Under the pieces are notes generated by a model. The model saw only the letters and a list, made by a program, of their open reading frames with translations. It searched no databases and was not told the origin of the DNA. From positions 264,500 through 328,499 of the forward strand of contig JANQOB010000002.1 in NCBI GenBank assembly GCA_028279275.1: a stretch of DNA of 64,000 nt, given 5' to 3'. Made by a program: the position numbers and the translations under genes. How positions within the stretch are numbered: position 1 is the stretch's first letter; every line of letters begins with the position of its first letter. The stretch is from Gammaproteobacteria bacterium (lineage in GTDB: Bacteria; Pseudomonadota; Gammaproteobacteria; UBA4575). This document shows, piece after piece, positions 9,761 through 18,844 of this stretch.

Positions 9761-9997
9761 ATGTTATTTAAGGGAATCATATTCACACTTATCTTTGCTT
9801 TATTTATTTCGCGCTTAATCCCAAAATATATAGAGTTTCTAGATACTAATATTGTCACTCTTCTTGGCGTGAATTGGGAAGGTAATATGGCATTATTAGT
9901 ATTATTGGGTGTTATGGTGCTTGGGATAACAGTTCTAGCGATTGCATTACAAAGTTTTTACCTTTACTTTACTGGTACAAATAAAAATAAAAGTTAA
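9761..9997 (+). CDS. Hypothetical small membrane protein (2 TM)
   Basis: Open frame fills the gap; two hydrophobic stretches; start uncertain (TTG 9749 or ATG 9761). Confidence 0.55.
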   Translation: MLFKGIIFTLIFALFISRLIPKYIEFLDTNIVTLLGVNWEGNMALLVLLGVMVLGITVLAIALQSFYLYFTGTNKNKS

Positions 9998-10881
9998 TCA
10001 TCAATTAAACGTTTAGATAAATTTTCATACGCATCAATTCGACGATCACGTAAGTATGGCCAAATTTGTCTGGTTTGCTCAGTTTCATTTAAATCAATCG
10101 TGCTGAAAATGGTTTCAGCATCTGATGAAGATGCTTGTTTTGTAATTTTCCCAAGTGTATCGGTAATAAAAGACTGTCCCCAAAAATGTATTCCATTTGA
10201 ACGGCCGGAAAAATCTTTTTCATAGCCCACTCTATTAGTGCATATTAAAGGTAAATTATTCGCTATAGCATGGCTTTGCTGAATGGTTTGCCAGGCTTCT
10301 AATTGACGATGTTGTTCAGTTTTGTTGTCACCAGGATCCCAGCCGATTGCGGAAGGATAAATTAGCAATTGTGCGCCCGCTAATGCCATCAAACGAGCTG
10401 CTTCTGGAAACCATTGATCCCAACAAACAAGAACGCCTAATTTACCGATAGAGGTTTGTATTGGGGTAAAGCCTTGATCGCCAAATGCAAAATAATATTT
10501 TTCATAATAACCAGGATCGTCAGGAATATGCATTTTTCGATAGGTCCCTGCAAGACTACCGTCACTTTCCAACACCACCGCAGTATTGTGATAGAGGCCT
10601 TCAGTACGTTTTTCAAAAACAGATCCGACGACGACCACTTTATGTTGTTTTGCAGCTGTTGATAAAAGATTTGTAAGAGGACCGGGAATAGGTTGCGCTA
10701 AACTAAAATTATGTGTGGACTCTTCCTGACAAAAATACAAACTGCTATGTAATTCACATAGCACGACTAAATTTGCACCTTTTTTTGCCGCAGCACTAAT
10801 TTGATCAAGACTATAGTCAACATTTTTTTGGTAATCAGCGCACATTTCTTGCTGAACTAATGCCGCATGGATTGAAGTCAC
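9994..10881 (-). CDS. aguB: Carbon-nitrogen hydrolase, probable N-carbamoylputrescine amidase
   Basis: Nitrilase-family triad: LCELH (Glu), YRKMHIPDDPGYYEKYYF (Lys), VCWDQWFPEAAR (Cys); ATGA overlap with agmatine deiminase. Confidence 0.85.
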   Translation of the reverse strand: MTSIHAALVQQEMCADYQKNVDYSLDQISAAAKKGANLVVLCELHSSLYFCQEESTHNFSLAQPIPGPLTNLLSTAAKQHKVVVVGSVFEKRTEGLYHNTAVVLESDGSLAGTYRKMHIPDDPGYYEKYYFAFGDQGFTPIQTSIGKLGVLVCWDQWFPEAARLMALAGAQLLIYPSAIGWDPGDNKTEQHRQLEAWQTIQQSHAIANNLPLICTNRVGYEKDFSGRSNGIHFWGQSFITDTLGKITKQASSSDAETIFSTIDLNETEQTRQIWPYLRDRRIDAYENLSKRLIDD

Positions 10882-11924
10882 ATTAAAAATCCTTGAGGAA
10901 TTTGCATAGAAGTACAGTGTATCCCGCCAAATTGTCGAATCAAAGTTGTACTTTCAATATCAATAATTTCCCGTGATGGAAAGCAATCATCTATTAGTTT
11001 TAGCGCGTTATTGTCATGTTTGTCATTAAAGACGGGTACGAAAACATGCTGATTTGTAATTAAAAAATTCACATAGCTTGCAGGTAGCCGTGTATTATCA
11101 TGCACAATGGCTGAGGGTATGGGAAGAGGGATCAGTTCAAGATTATTAGCTTGTTGCTGCTTCACTGATTGTAACTGTTGTTGTAATGAGTTGAGTGCAT
11201 CAGTATTTGCGTCTGTAGAGCTCGTTGACGAAGAATACACAATAATATCATCCGTACAAAAGCGTGCTAAATTATCAATATGTCCGTCTGTGTCATCTCC
11301 TATCAAACGAACCTTGTCAATCCAGAATATATTTTCGCAAGCAAACCATTTTCTAAAGTTACTCTCTATGGCAGATAGGGATAAATTATTTTTTGAAATA
11401 TCGCGTTTAAAGCAATCTATAGAGCTTAATAGGCACCTTTTATTGTTTGTTTCAATATTTCCTGCCTCTAATACGAAGTCGATGTCTACTAGTTCGGAAT
11501 TAAAATTAAGCTTTTCAGATAAGACATAATTAAAAGCATTGTCATGGTCGTATAGATATTTATCACCCCAAGCATCAAATTTAAAATTTAATAACACATT
11601 ATTTGATTCACTTTGCACACACACGGGCCCATAGTCACGTACCCAGGTGTCATTGGTATTTATTTCAATATATATAATATTATCTTCACGTATCCCTTTG
11701 CTTAATAAACACCTTTGTATATGGCTAATATGTTCTTGATCATAAGCGATTAAAATTAATTTTTGTTGCCCGCAGATGTAGCGACTAAGTTCGAGATAAG
11801 TTAATTCAATTTTTTGAAGTAGATTGCCATTATTAGCAGTTCCCCAGTCAGAATAAATATGAGGCCAGACAAGAATAACGGCATCTTGTCGCGCCCATTC
11901 GGGAGCGAGGCGGTAGGATGTCAC
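10878..11924 (-). CDS. aguA: Agmatine deiminase / PAD-porphyromonas family
   Basis: RLAPEW, WVRDYGP, DTDGHID, ASYVNF, GGIHC catalytic motifs. Confidence 0.88.
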   Translation of the reverse strand: MTSYRLAPEWARQDAVILVWPHIYSDWGTANNGNLLQKIELTYLELSRYICGQQKLILIAYDQEHISHIQRCLLSKGIREDNIIYIEINTNDTWVRDYGPVCVQSESNNVLLNFKFDAWGDKYLYDHDNAFNYVLSEKLNFNSELVDIDFVLEAGNIETNNKRCLLSSIDCFKRDISKNNLSLSAIESNFRKWFACENIFWIDKVRLIGDDTDGHIDNLARFCTDDIIVYSSSTSSTDANTDALNSLQQQLQSVKQQQANNLELIPLPIPSAIVHDNTRLPASYVNFLITNQHVFVPVFNDKHDNNALKLIDDCFPSREIIDIESTTLIRQFGGIHCTSMQIPQGFLM

Positions 11925-11981
11925 GGTAAATAAATAAAGCTTTTTAGATAAGCTTTATTTTGCGAGTAGATTCTTTATGAA

Positions 11982-12260
11982 TCAATGAGCAACTGAATGG
12001 ATAACAATATTATTTTCAAAGAAAACAGAATAGTTATTATAGTTCCAGCGATAAATTGCAGGTTTTCCGACTGGCCCTTCTTTAGAAGATGGTTGCCCAA
12101 ATTTAGATTCTACCTGTGTCTTAGAAAGTCCTCTGTGCGGCATACTTGAGTTTATTACCACTTGAGCAGCACTTCCAGGTGTCTTCACTACCTGAGCATT
12201 TACCTGTAAGGTGCTTGTTAAAAGGAATAGGGTAATTAATGAACTAATAAATATGCGCAT
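11982..12260 (-). CDS. Conserved small exported protein (BamE/SmpA-like pattern)
   Basis: Signal peptide, then PHRGLSKTQVESKFGQP...PAIYRWNY...VFFE..VIHSV. Confidence 0.7.
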   Translation of the reverse strand: MRIFISSLITLFLLTSTLQVNAQVVKTPGSAAQVVINSSMPHRGLSKTQVESKFGQPSSKEGPVGKPAIYRWNYNNYSVFFENNIVIHSVAH

Positions 12261-12489
12261 AGATCTAAGGTCCTGATTAAGCTTTGTGAGATCATAACAC
12301 TGACAAAATTTGGCGGAAACGTAAGTCAGAGGTGTGCACGATAATTGTTGAGTTTTTACGGACTAAGGGTTACTAGGATACTACCGTTGGTGCTAATACT
12401 AAGTTCATGGCTGACATTTAATTTCATATATTTCAATATATTGCATTATTTTCTTCAACTGATTTGATCCTATTTAATTATCGTACTTA

Positions 12490-13737
12490 ATGTTCAAGCC
12501 ACTCGAATTATTCATCGGTTCACGTTATTTACGGGCAAAACGCCGCAATCATTTTATTTCTTTTATCTCATTCATATCCGTTTTTAGTCTCGCACTCGGG
12601 ATCACTCTAATCATCACGGTTTTATCTGTGATGAATGGTTTCCAGTTCGAAATTAAGGATCGAATTCTTAGTATGACTGCACACGCAACGGTTTTAGAGC
12701 TTGATGGAAAATTGAGTGATTGGAAGAAGGTTGAGGATGAACTTAAAGATCAGCCAGAAATAATGGGTTCTGCACCATATGTGCAAGGTCAAGGAATGAT
12801 TGTGCATGGTAAACAAGTGACTGGTGCGATGTTAAATGGCATTGATCCGCAACTTGAAAGCAAAGTATCTCGGATTGGCGAGCACCTTCAGCATGTGCAA
12901 TTGGAGGTACTTAATCCTGGAGAGTTTGGTGTCTTGTTAGGTGCAGATTTAGCGAGCTATTTAGCAGTAGATGTGGGTGAAAAGATTACTGTCATCACTC
13001 CAGAGGCAACGGTTACACCGGCAGGAATTGTACCTAAGTTTAGAAGATTTACGGTTGTGGGCACTTATTCGGTTGGAATGCCGCAATATGATCGAAATAC
13101 TGCAGCGATCCATATTGAGGATGCAAAACGTTTGTTTAGGTTAGGAGATTCAGTTACTGGCTTGCGATTGAAGTTTGAAGATTTATTTGATGCACAAGAA
13201 ATCACATATCAACTTCGTGATTTGCTAGGAAGCACCTATTGGGTAACCGATTGGACTTACCATAATAGAAATTTTTTCCGTGCATTAAAAATGGAGAAAA
13301 CCATGATGTTCATAATTACAATCATCATAGTTTTCGTTGCTGCTTTTAATATTATTTCAATGTTAGTGATGGTGGTTACTGAGAAACAAAGTGATATAGC
13401 AATTATGCGGACTTTGGGTGTATCACCAAAAAGTATTATGGGTATTTTTATTGTACAGGGAACCGTAATTGGTCTGGTAGGAACCCTATTAGGCGCTCTG
13501 GGCGGAGTGTTGCTTGCTTCTAATCTTGAAAGTCTAGTTCGTTTAGTTGAAAAAATTCGTGGCGTGAAGTTTCTTTCGCCAGATATTTATCCAATAAGTG
13601 ATTTTCCATCAGATGTAGTTCCAAATGAGGTCATCTCTATCTGTGTGATTGCTTTTATTATTACGGTGTTTGCTACCATTTACCCAGCATGGAAAGCAGC
13701 GCGGACGCAACCTGCTGAAGCATTGAGATATGAGTGA
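12490..13737 (+). CDS. lolC: Lipoprotein-releasing ABC permease (LolC/E family)
   Basis: RYLRAKRRNHFISFIS, VLSVMNGF, AAFNIISMLVMVVTEKQSDIAIMRTLG, YPAWKAARTQPAEALRYE. Confidence 0.93.
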   Translation: MFKPLELFIGSRYLRAKRRNHFISFISFISVFSLALGITLIITVLSVMNGFQFEIKDRILSMTAHATVLELDGKLSDWKKVEDELKDQPEIMGSAPYVQGQGMIVHGKQVTGAMLNGIDPQLESKVSRIGEHLQHVQLEVLNPGEFGVLLGADLASYLAVDVGEKITVITPEATVTPAGIVPKFRRFTVVGTYSVGMPQYDRNTAAIHIEDAKRLFRLGDSVTGLRLKFEDLFDAQEITYQLRDLLGSTYWVTDWTYHNRNFFRALKMEKTMMFIITIIIVFVAAFNIISMLVMVVTEKQSDIAIMRTLGVSPKSIMGIFIVQGTVIGLVGTLLGALGGVLLASNLESLVRLVEKIRGVKFLSPDIYPISDFPSDVVPNEVISICVIAFIITVFATIYPAWKAARTQPAEALRYE

Positions 13738-13749
13738 GGTTTCAAATTA

Positions 13750-14424
13750 ATGAGCATCGTTCTGCAATGTGAAAATTTAGCCAAAACTTATGTCACGGGC
13801 CCTATGCCTGTGGAAGTGCTGAAAAACATCGATTTCAGTGTCGAAGAGAAAAGCAGAGTGGCAATTATAGGTGCTTCTGGTAGTGGTAAAAGTACACTCA
13901 TGCATCTTCTCGGAGGTTTAGATATTCCAACGGCAGGAAAGGTAACAGTCTGTGGTGAAGATATGTCTGCTCTATCAGACAAGGCAAGGGGTGATTTGCG
14001 TAATCAATCTCTAGGGTTTATTTACCAGTTTCATCATCTACTTCCAGAATTTAACGCACTTGAAAATGTTGCAATGCCTTTATTGCTACGTGATGGCTCA
14101 GTGGAAGAGGCTAGTGAAAAAGCAAAAGAGATGTTATCAAAAGTAGGGTTAGTTAATCGTGTAATGCATAAACCTGCCGAGTTGTCGGGCGGTGAAAGAC
14201 AACGTGTCGCAATTGCAAGAGCTTTAGTTACACACCCTAAGGTGATTTTGGCTGATGAACCTACAGGTAATCTTGATCGTAAAAATGCAGTACAGGTGCA
14301 AAATGAAATGTTAGAACTAAATAGCGAACTGAAGACAGCGATTGTAATTGTCACGCATGATTCGAGTGTGGCGAAATCTATGGATGAAATTTACACTTTA
14401 GAAGATGGAATTCTTGAACGCTGA
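13750..14424 (+). CDS. lolD: Lipoprotein-releasing ABC ATPase
   Basis: GASGSGKST, GFIYQFHHLLPEF, LSGGERQR, ADEPTGNLD. Confidence 0.95.
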   Translation: MSIVLQCENLAKTYVTGPMPVEVLKNIDFSVEEKSRVAIIGASGSGKSTLMHLLGGLDIPTAGKVTVCGEDMSALSDKARGDLRNQSLGFIYQFHHLLPEFNALENVAMPLLLRDGSVEEASEKAKEMLSKVGLVNRVMHKPAELSGGERQRVAIARALVTHPKVILADEPTGNLDRKNAVQVQNEMLELNSELKTAIVIVTHDSSVAKSMDEIYTLEDGILER

Positions 14425-14573
14425 TAGTGCAAACTCCCAATTAACTACCATCGTGATTAAATTGTGTAGTCTATAACCAAAAAGTGCCAGTTTAAAAATA
14501 TTTTGAATCCGATATAATCGAGTTTATCAACAATCTTAAACTTTACATAGAATTAAAGAGTCATAACTTCTAG

Positions 14574-14792
14574 ATGAGCGAAGAGTATGAAAACTTAGAT
14601 GGTGAAGATACTGTCATTTTAAATAGACAAGGTTGGAATTTTGTGACTTCTTATAAATCCAGAGAAGGTGGTACCGGCTCAACAGCGTATAATTCAGCAT
14701 TAGAGAAAGCTCATACCATAGAGAGACCAACAGGGATCCGCACTCTAATTGATGGAAATTACACTGTGTTTGAAGTTTGGGAAAAATGGTAA
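14574..14792 (+). CDS. Hypothetical protein (72 aa)
   Basis: Fills an otherwise empty gap; TATAAT upstream; no recognised motif. Confidence 0.5.
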   Translation: MSEEYENLDGEDTVILNRQGWNFVTSYKSREGGTGSTAYNSALEKAHTIERPTGIRTLIDGNYTVFEVWEKW

Positions 14793-14827
14793 AACTAAAT
14801 AGTTAATTTAGCTCTATAAATTTCCAA

Positions 14828-15346
14828 TTACTTTCTTAGCTTACGTAGTTTTCTCTTTTTCCAGAAAGAAACTACATGGATACGCCATAAAACTCTCGCC
14901 ACAATAAAGCCAAATAACCCGGCGGTGGTTCCAGCAAATAAACAGCCGACTAAAAATGGTTTCCAGCGTTCGCGTAATTCCGTAAATAGCCAATTCAAAC
15001 TTAGTTCGAATTCAAATGGTCCTGAGTGAGTGTCGGTTAAAAATGTTCCAATTTTATAAGCCATGAAAAACAAGGCTGGCATTGTTATCGGGTTCGTGAC
15101 CCAAACTAATGCAACTGAGATAGGAAGGTTGCACCTGAAGATAATGGCAAGGCCGGCAGCCAAAACCATTTGAAACGGGAGCGGGATAAATGCACAGAAT
15201 AAACCAATAGCACAAGCACCGGCCACTGAGCGTCTGCGCATATGCCATAAGTTTTGATCATGAATAAATTCGCCAAAAATGCTAATTGATTTATCATCCT
15301 TAAAGTTTTGCTTAGAGAAAAACTTTTTAAGAAAATTTTTTGGCAT
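14828..15346 (-). CDS. DUF2062-family membrane protein
   Basis: LWHMRRRSVAGACAIGLFCAFIPLPFQM...NLPISVALVWVTNPITMP; usual neighbour of comEC. Confidence 0.85.
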   Translation of the reverse strand: MPKNFLKKFFSKQNFKDDKSISIFGEFIHDQNLWHMRRRSVAGACAIGLFCAFIPLPFQMVLAAGLAIIFRCNLPISVALVWVTNPITMPALFFMAYKIGTFLTDTHSGPFEFELSLNWLFTELRERWKPFLVGCLFAGTTAGLFGFIVARVLWRIHVVSFWKKRKLRKLRK

Positions 15347-15419
15347 ATAGATTTAAATCGACTACTAAGTTGTTTATTTAAGTTAAAATATAAAAAAATA
15401 TCTGGTTGGTGTTACGTAA

Positions 15420-17732
15420 ATGCTCAAGATCGCAGCTGCATTTTTACTTGGTGTGGTTATTCTAACAGTGTTCACTGCATTGCCGCATATATATTGGGCC
15501 ATCGGAATTGTGCCGGCAATCTTAATTTTTTTTAGATATTCAAGACTCAAATGGATATTGTGTTTGCCATTAGGTTTCTTTTGGGCATTGGTTCATGCGC
15601 ATCTTAATTTGTATCCTGAATTGGATAAATCTCTCGAAGGTGTAGATCTTGATGTTTTAGGTAAAATTGTGTCTATACCGAACGTGCAAGCGCGAAGCAC
15701 TAGATTTGAATTTGTCATTCATGCTGCCAATCGGACAGGCGTTAATGAGTCACTAGTAGTTCCTGAGAAAGTAAGACTAAGTTGGTATGGCAATGCCCCT
15801 AATTTGCAATTAGGAGAAATTTGGCAATTAAGAGTGCGCTTGAAACGTCCTTGGGGATTTGCAAATCCTGAATCTTTTGATTATGAAAAGTGGTTATTCG
15901 AACATAAAATTCGTGCTACAGGATATGTAAGAACTAAAGGCAATTTAATAAAGATTAATGAAACTAGTATCTCAAATCCCAGTTATTATTTAAGGGCTGC
16001 ATTAAACAATAAACTTGATGCCAATGCTGACATGCACTCTAACGTTATTAAAGCTTTGGTATTGGGCGAACGCGGACAAATGGATTCTCAGCAATGGCAA
16101 CTTTTAACACAAACGGGCACAAATCATTTATTAGCGATTTCAGGTTTGCATATTGGAATTGTCTCAGGATTTGTTTATTTGTTTCTTGTATGGCTGTGTA
16201 AACTCAGTGAAAAGCTTTGTTTAAGAATCCCAGCGCAACGCGTAGCAGCAATTGCTGCGATATTTGCGGCTATATTTTATGCAATGCTCGCAGGGTTTTC
16301 TATTCCTACCCAGCGTGCCATGGTTATGGCAACGGTAGTGTTTCTTTCAATCTACACAATGCAGTCTTTTCGTCCTTGGAATATTTTATCGCTCGCATTG
16401 TTATGCGTATTAATATTAGATCCATTTTCCGTTTTAGCTCCTGGGTTTTGGTTATCGTTTTTAGCAGTAGCAATTATATTATTTTCAGTTAGTAATAGAG
16501 CAGCATCAAAAGCCTGGGGATTTCAAATCGCTAAGATTCAATTTGTATTAGCATTAGGTTTGTTACCAATAACACTATTATTTTTTCAGCAAGCTTCTTT
16601 AATTTCGCCACTGGCAAATTTTTTTGCCGTACCTTGGGTGAGTTGTTTAGTTGTTCCGCTTTCTCTTGTAGGGGCATTGCTTTTATTTGTAAATGAAGCC
16701 CTTGGTGCATGGTTATTAGATGTGGTCAGTTATTCATTAGAGGCTTTATGGTGGGTTTTAGAAGTATTGCATCATTTGCCATTTTCTAGTTTTAAGCATG
16801 CTGTACCCGGTTGGGCATTGATACCCTCAGTATTTGGTATATTGTTATTACTTACTCCTAAAGGATGGCCTAGTAAAGCATTAAGTGCTGCGTTGCTGAG
16901 CCCATTAGTGTTCGCAAAACCTTTTGCGGCACCTGATACAGATCTTAAATTATCTGTTTTAGATGTAGGCCAGGGTACAGCTTTAGTCTTACAAGTCGGT
17001 GAGCATGTATTGGTATATGATACAGGCCCAAAATACAGTGATAGTTTTAATGCTGGTGAAGCTATAGTAGCCAATTATTTACGCGAACAAGGGTTAAACA
17101 AAATAGATAAATTAATAATAAGTCATGGTGATAAAGATCATGCAGGTGGATTAGAAGGTTTATTGGCTACTATTAAAGTCAAGCATATGATTGCAAATCA
17201 AACGGCTGGTTATAGACATAAAAATCTACAGGCATGTAGAGAAGGTATGGGTTGGGTATGGAATGATGTTGAATTTAAGTTTTTGCATCCGAACAAAAAA
17301 ATTGCTGATGAAAATATTGGAACGCTCTCAAAAAATAACAGTTCATGTGTCTTACGCATTAATCATCCATCAGGGAGCATATTATTTACTGGAGACATTG
17401 AACGTTCAGTTGAAAGGAATTTAGTCAAACAAAAGCCTGAAATGCTGAATGTGGATATCTTAATTGCACCGCACCATGGCAGTAATTCATCATCTACTGC
17501 ATCATTTATCCAGGCCACTTCTCCAGATTATGTAGTATTTACCACTGGTTATAGAAACCCCTATGGTTTTCCCGATGAAAAAGTAGTATCACGCTATGAA
17601 AAGATTGGAAGCCACTTAGTAAATACGGCTATGCAAGGTATGATTAGCTTCGAAATTTCTGATAATAATGGATTGCAATTGCTACCAGGATATCGTGAAG
17701 TGCGGCAACGCTTTTGGCACACTGAGCCTTAA
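15420..17732 (+). CDS. comEC: DNA internalization competence protein ComEC/Rec2
   Basis: HLLAISGLHIG, GFSIPTQRA, DVGQG, SHGDKDHAGG, PHHGS. Confidence 0.95.
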   Translation: MLKIAAAFLLGVVILTVFTALPHIYWAIGIVPAILIFFRYSRLKWILCLPLGFFWALVHAHLNLYPELDKSLEGVDLDVLGKIVSIPNVQARSTRFEFVIHAANRTGVNESLVVPEKVRLSWYGNAPNLQLGEIWQLRVRLKRPWGFANPESFDYEKWLFEHKIRATGYVRTKGNLIKINETSISNPSYYLRAALNNKLDANADMHSNVIKALVLGERGQMDSQQWQLLTQTGTNHLLAISGLHIGIVSGFVYLFLVWLCKLSEKLCLRIPAQRVAAIAAIFAAIFYAMLAGFSIPTQRAMVMATVVFLSIYTMQSFRPWNILSLALLCVLILDPFSVLAPGFWLSFLAVAIILFSVSNRAASKAWGFQIAKIQFVLALGLLPITLLFFQQASLISPLANFFAVPWVSCLVVPLSLVGALLLFVNEALGAWLLDVVSYSLEALWWVLEVLHHLPFSSFKHAVPGWALIPSVFGILLLLTPKGWPSKALSAALLSPLVFAKPFAAPDTDLKLSVLDVGQGTALVLQVGEHVLVYDTGPKYSDSFNAGEAIVANYLREQGLNKIDKLIISHGDKDHAGGLEGLLATIKVKHMIANQTAGYRHKNLQACREGMGWVWNDVEFKFLHPNKKIADENIGTLSKNNSSCVLRINHPSGSILFTGDIERSVERNLVKQKPEMLNVDILIAPHHGSNSSSTASFIQATSPDYVVFTTGYRNPYGFPDEKVVSRYEKIGSHLVNTAMQGMISFEISDNNGLQLLPGYREVRQRFWHTEP

Positions 17733-17777
17733 ATAATAAATTCTAAATGGAAGTAAAATCTCAAGGAGTTACTCTAA

Positions 17778-18395
17778 GTGTATGAAATTGTGAAGGCAGG
17801 TGGTTGGTTAATGCTACCAATCATCGCAGCATCTATTGTAGCCCTGGCCATAATCATTGAGCGTTTTTGGACCTTGCAAAAAGAGCGCGTAGCACCGAAA
17901 TATTTGGCTGCCAAGATTTGGCAATGGAGCAAGGATGGCAAGCTAGATGAAAATCGTATTTTGCAAATTCGTAAAAGCTCTCCATTAGGTAGGATTCTTG
18001 CGGCAGGTCTTCTTAACAAGAATTTTGAACGTGAGATCATGAAGGAAAGTATTGAAGAAACAGGGCGCCATGTGGCGTATGAGCTGCAACGCTTTTTAAA
18101 CACCTTAGGCACCATAGCGGCAATTTCACCTTTGCTAGGGCTTTTAGGTACTGTTATTGGGATGATTCAAGTATTTAGTGTGATTACGAGTGTAGGAGTA
18201 GGTGATCCAGGTGAACTCGCAGGCGGAATTTCAAAAGCTTTGATTACTACTGCCGCAGGCTTAAGTGTCGCGATCCCTAGCTTAATTTTTGTGCGTTACT
18301 TTCGAAGGAAAGTAGATGGCTTGGTAGTGGGCATGGAAGAAGAAGCAATAAAGTTGGTCGAAGTCATGCATGGACAGCGTAAAGCTCAATCATAA
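17778..18395 (+). CDS. exbB: MotA/TolQ/ExbB proton channel family protein
   Basis: LGTIAAISPLLGLLGTVIGMI, GISKALITTAAGL; GTG start with AGGAG SD. Confidence 0.88.
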   Translation: MYEIVKAGGWLMLPIIAASIVALAIIIERFWTLQKERVAPKYLAAKIWQWSKDGKLDENRILQIRKSSPLGRILAAGLLNKNFEREIMKESIEETGRHVAYELQRFLNTLGTIAAISPLLGLLGTVIGMIQVFSVITSVGVGDPGELAGGISKALITTAAGLSVAIPSLIFVRYFRRKVDGLVVGMEEEAIKLVEVMHGQRKAQS

Positions 18396-18410
18396 ATATC
18401 TGTTGCCGAT

Positions 18411-18824
18411 ATGAATTTTACTCGTGCAGAAGAAGATCGTTTAGATGTAAACATTACACCGTTAATCGATGTGGTGTTTTTACTTCTGATATTTTTCATG
18501 GTGACCACTACATTTAATCAACAGGCGGAACTTCGTGTAGACTTGCCCGAAGCCTCATCTGAGGAACAGGCATTAGAAATTGTTCCAATTGAAATTACGA
18601 TTGACCCATCGGGTAATTATTTCGTCAATGGCCAAGGTCTTACCAACAATGAAGCAAACACGCTATATCAGTCATTACAGAAAATTGTTGGAGAAGATAA
18701 AGAAAAAAGTGTCATAATTCGTGCTGACGCATCAACTCCTCATCAAGCGGTGGTTACGGCAATGGATATGGTGTCAAAAGTAGGAGTTTCGAAACTATCG
18801 ATCGCGACTTCAAAAACTCAATAA
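18411..18824 (+). CDS. exbD: ExbD/TolR family protein
   Basis: NITPLIDVVFLLLIFFMVTT, IRADA. Confidence 0.88.
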   Translation: MNFTRAEEDRLDVNITPLIDVVFLLLIFFMVTTTFNQQAELRVDLPEASSEEQALEIVPIEITIDPSGNYFVNGQGLTNNEANTLYQSLQKIVGEDKEKSVIIRADASTPHQAVVTAMDMVSKVGVSKLSIATSKTQ

Positions 18825-18844
18825 CGAACTTTTATTCATCTTCA

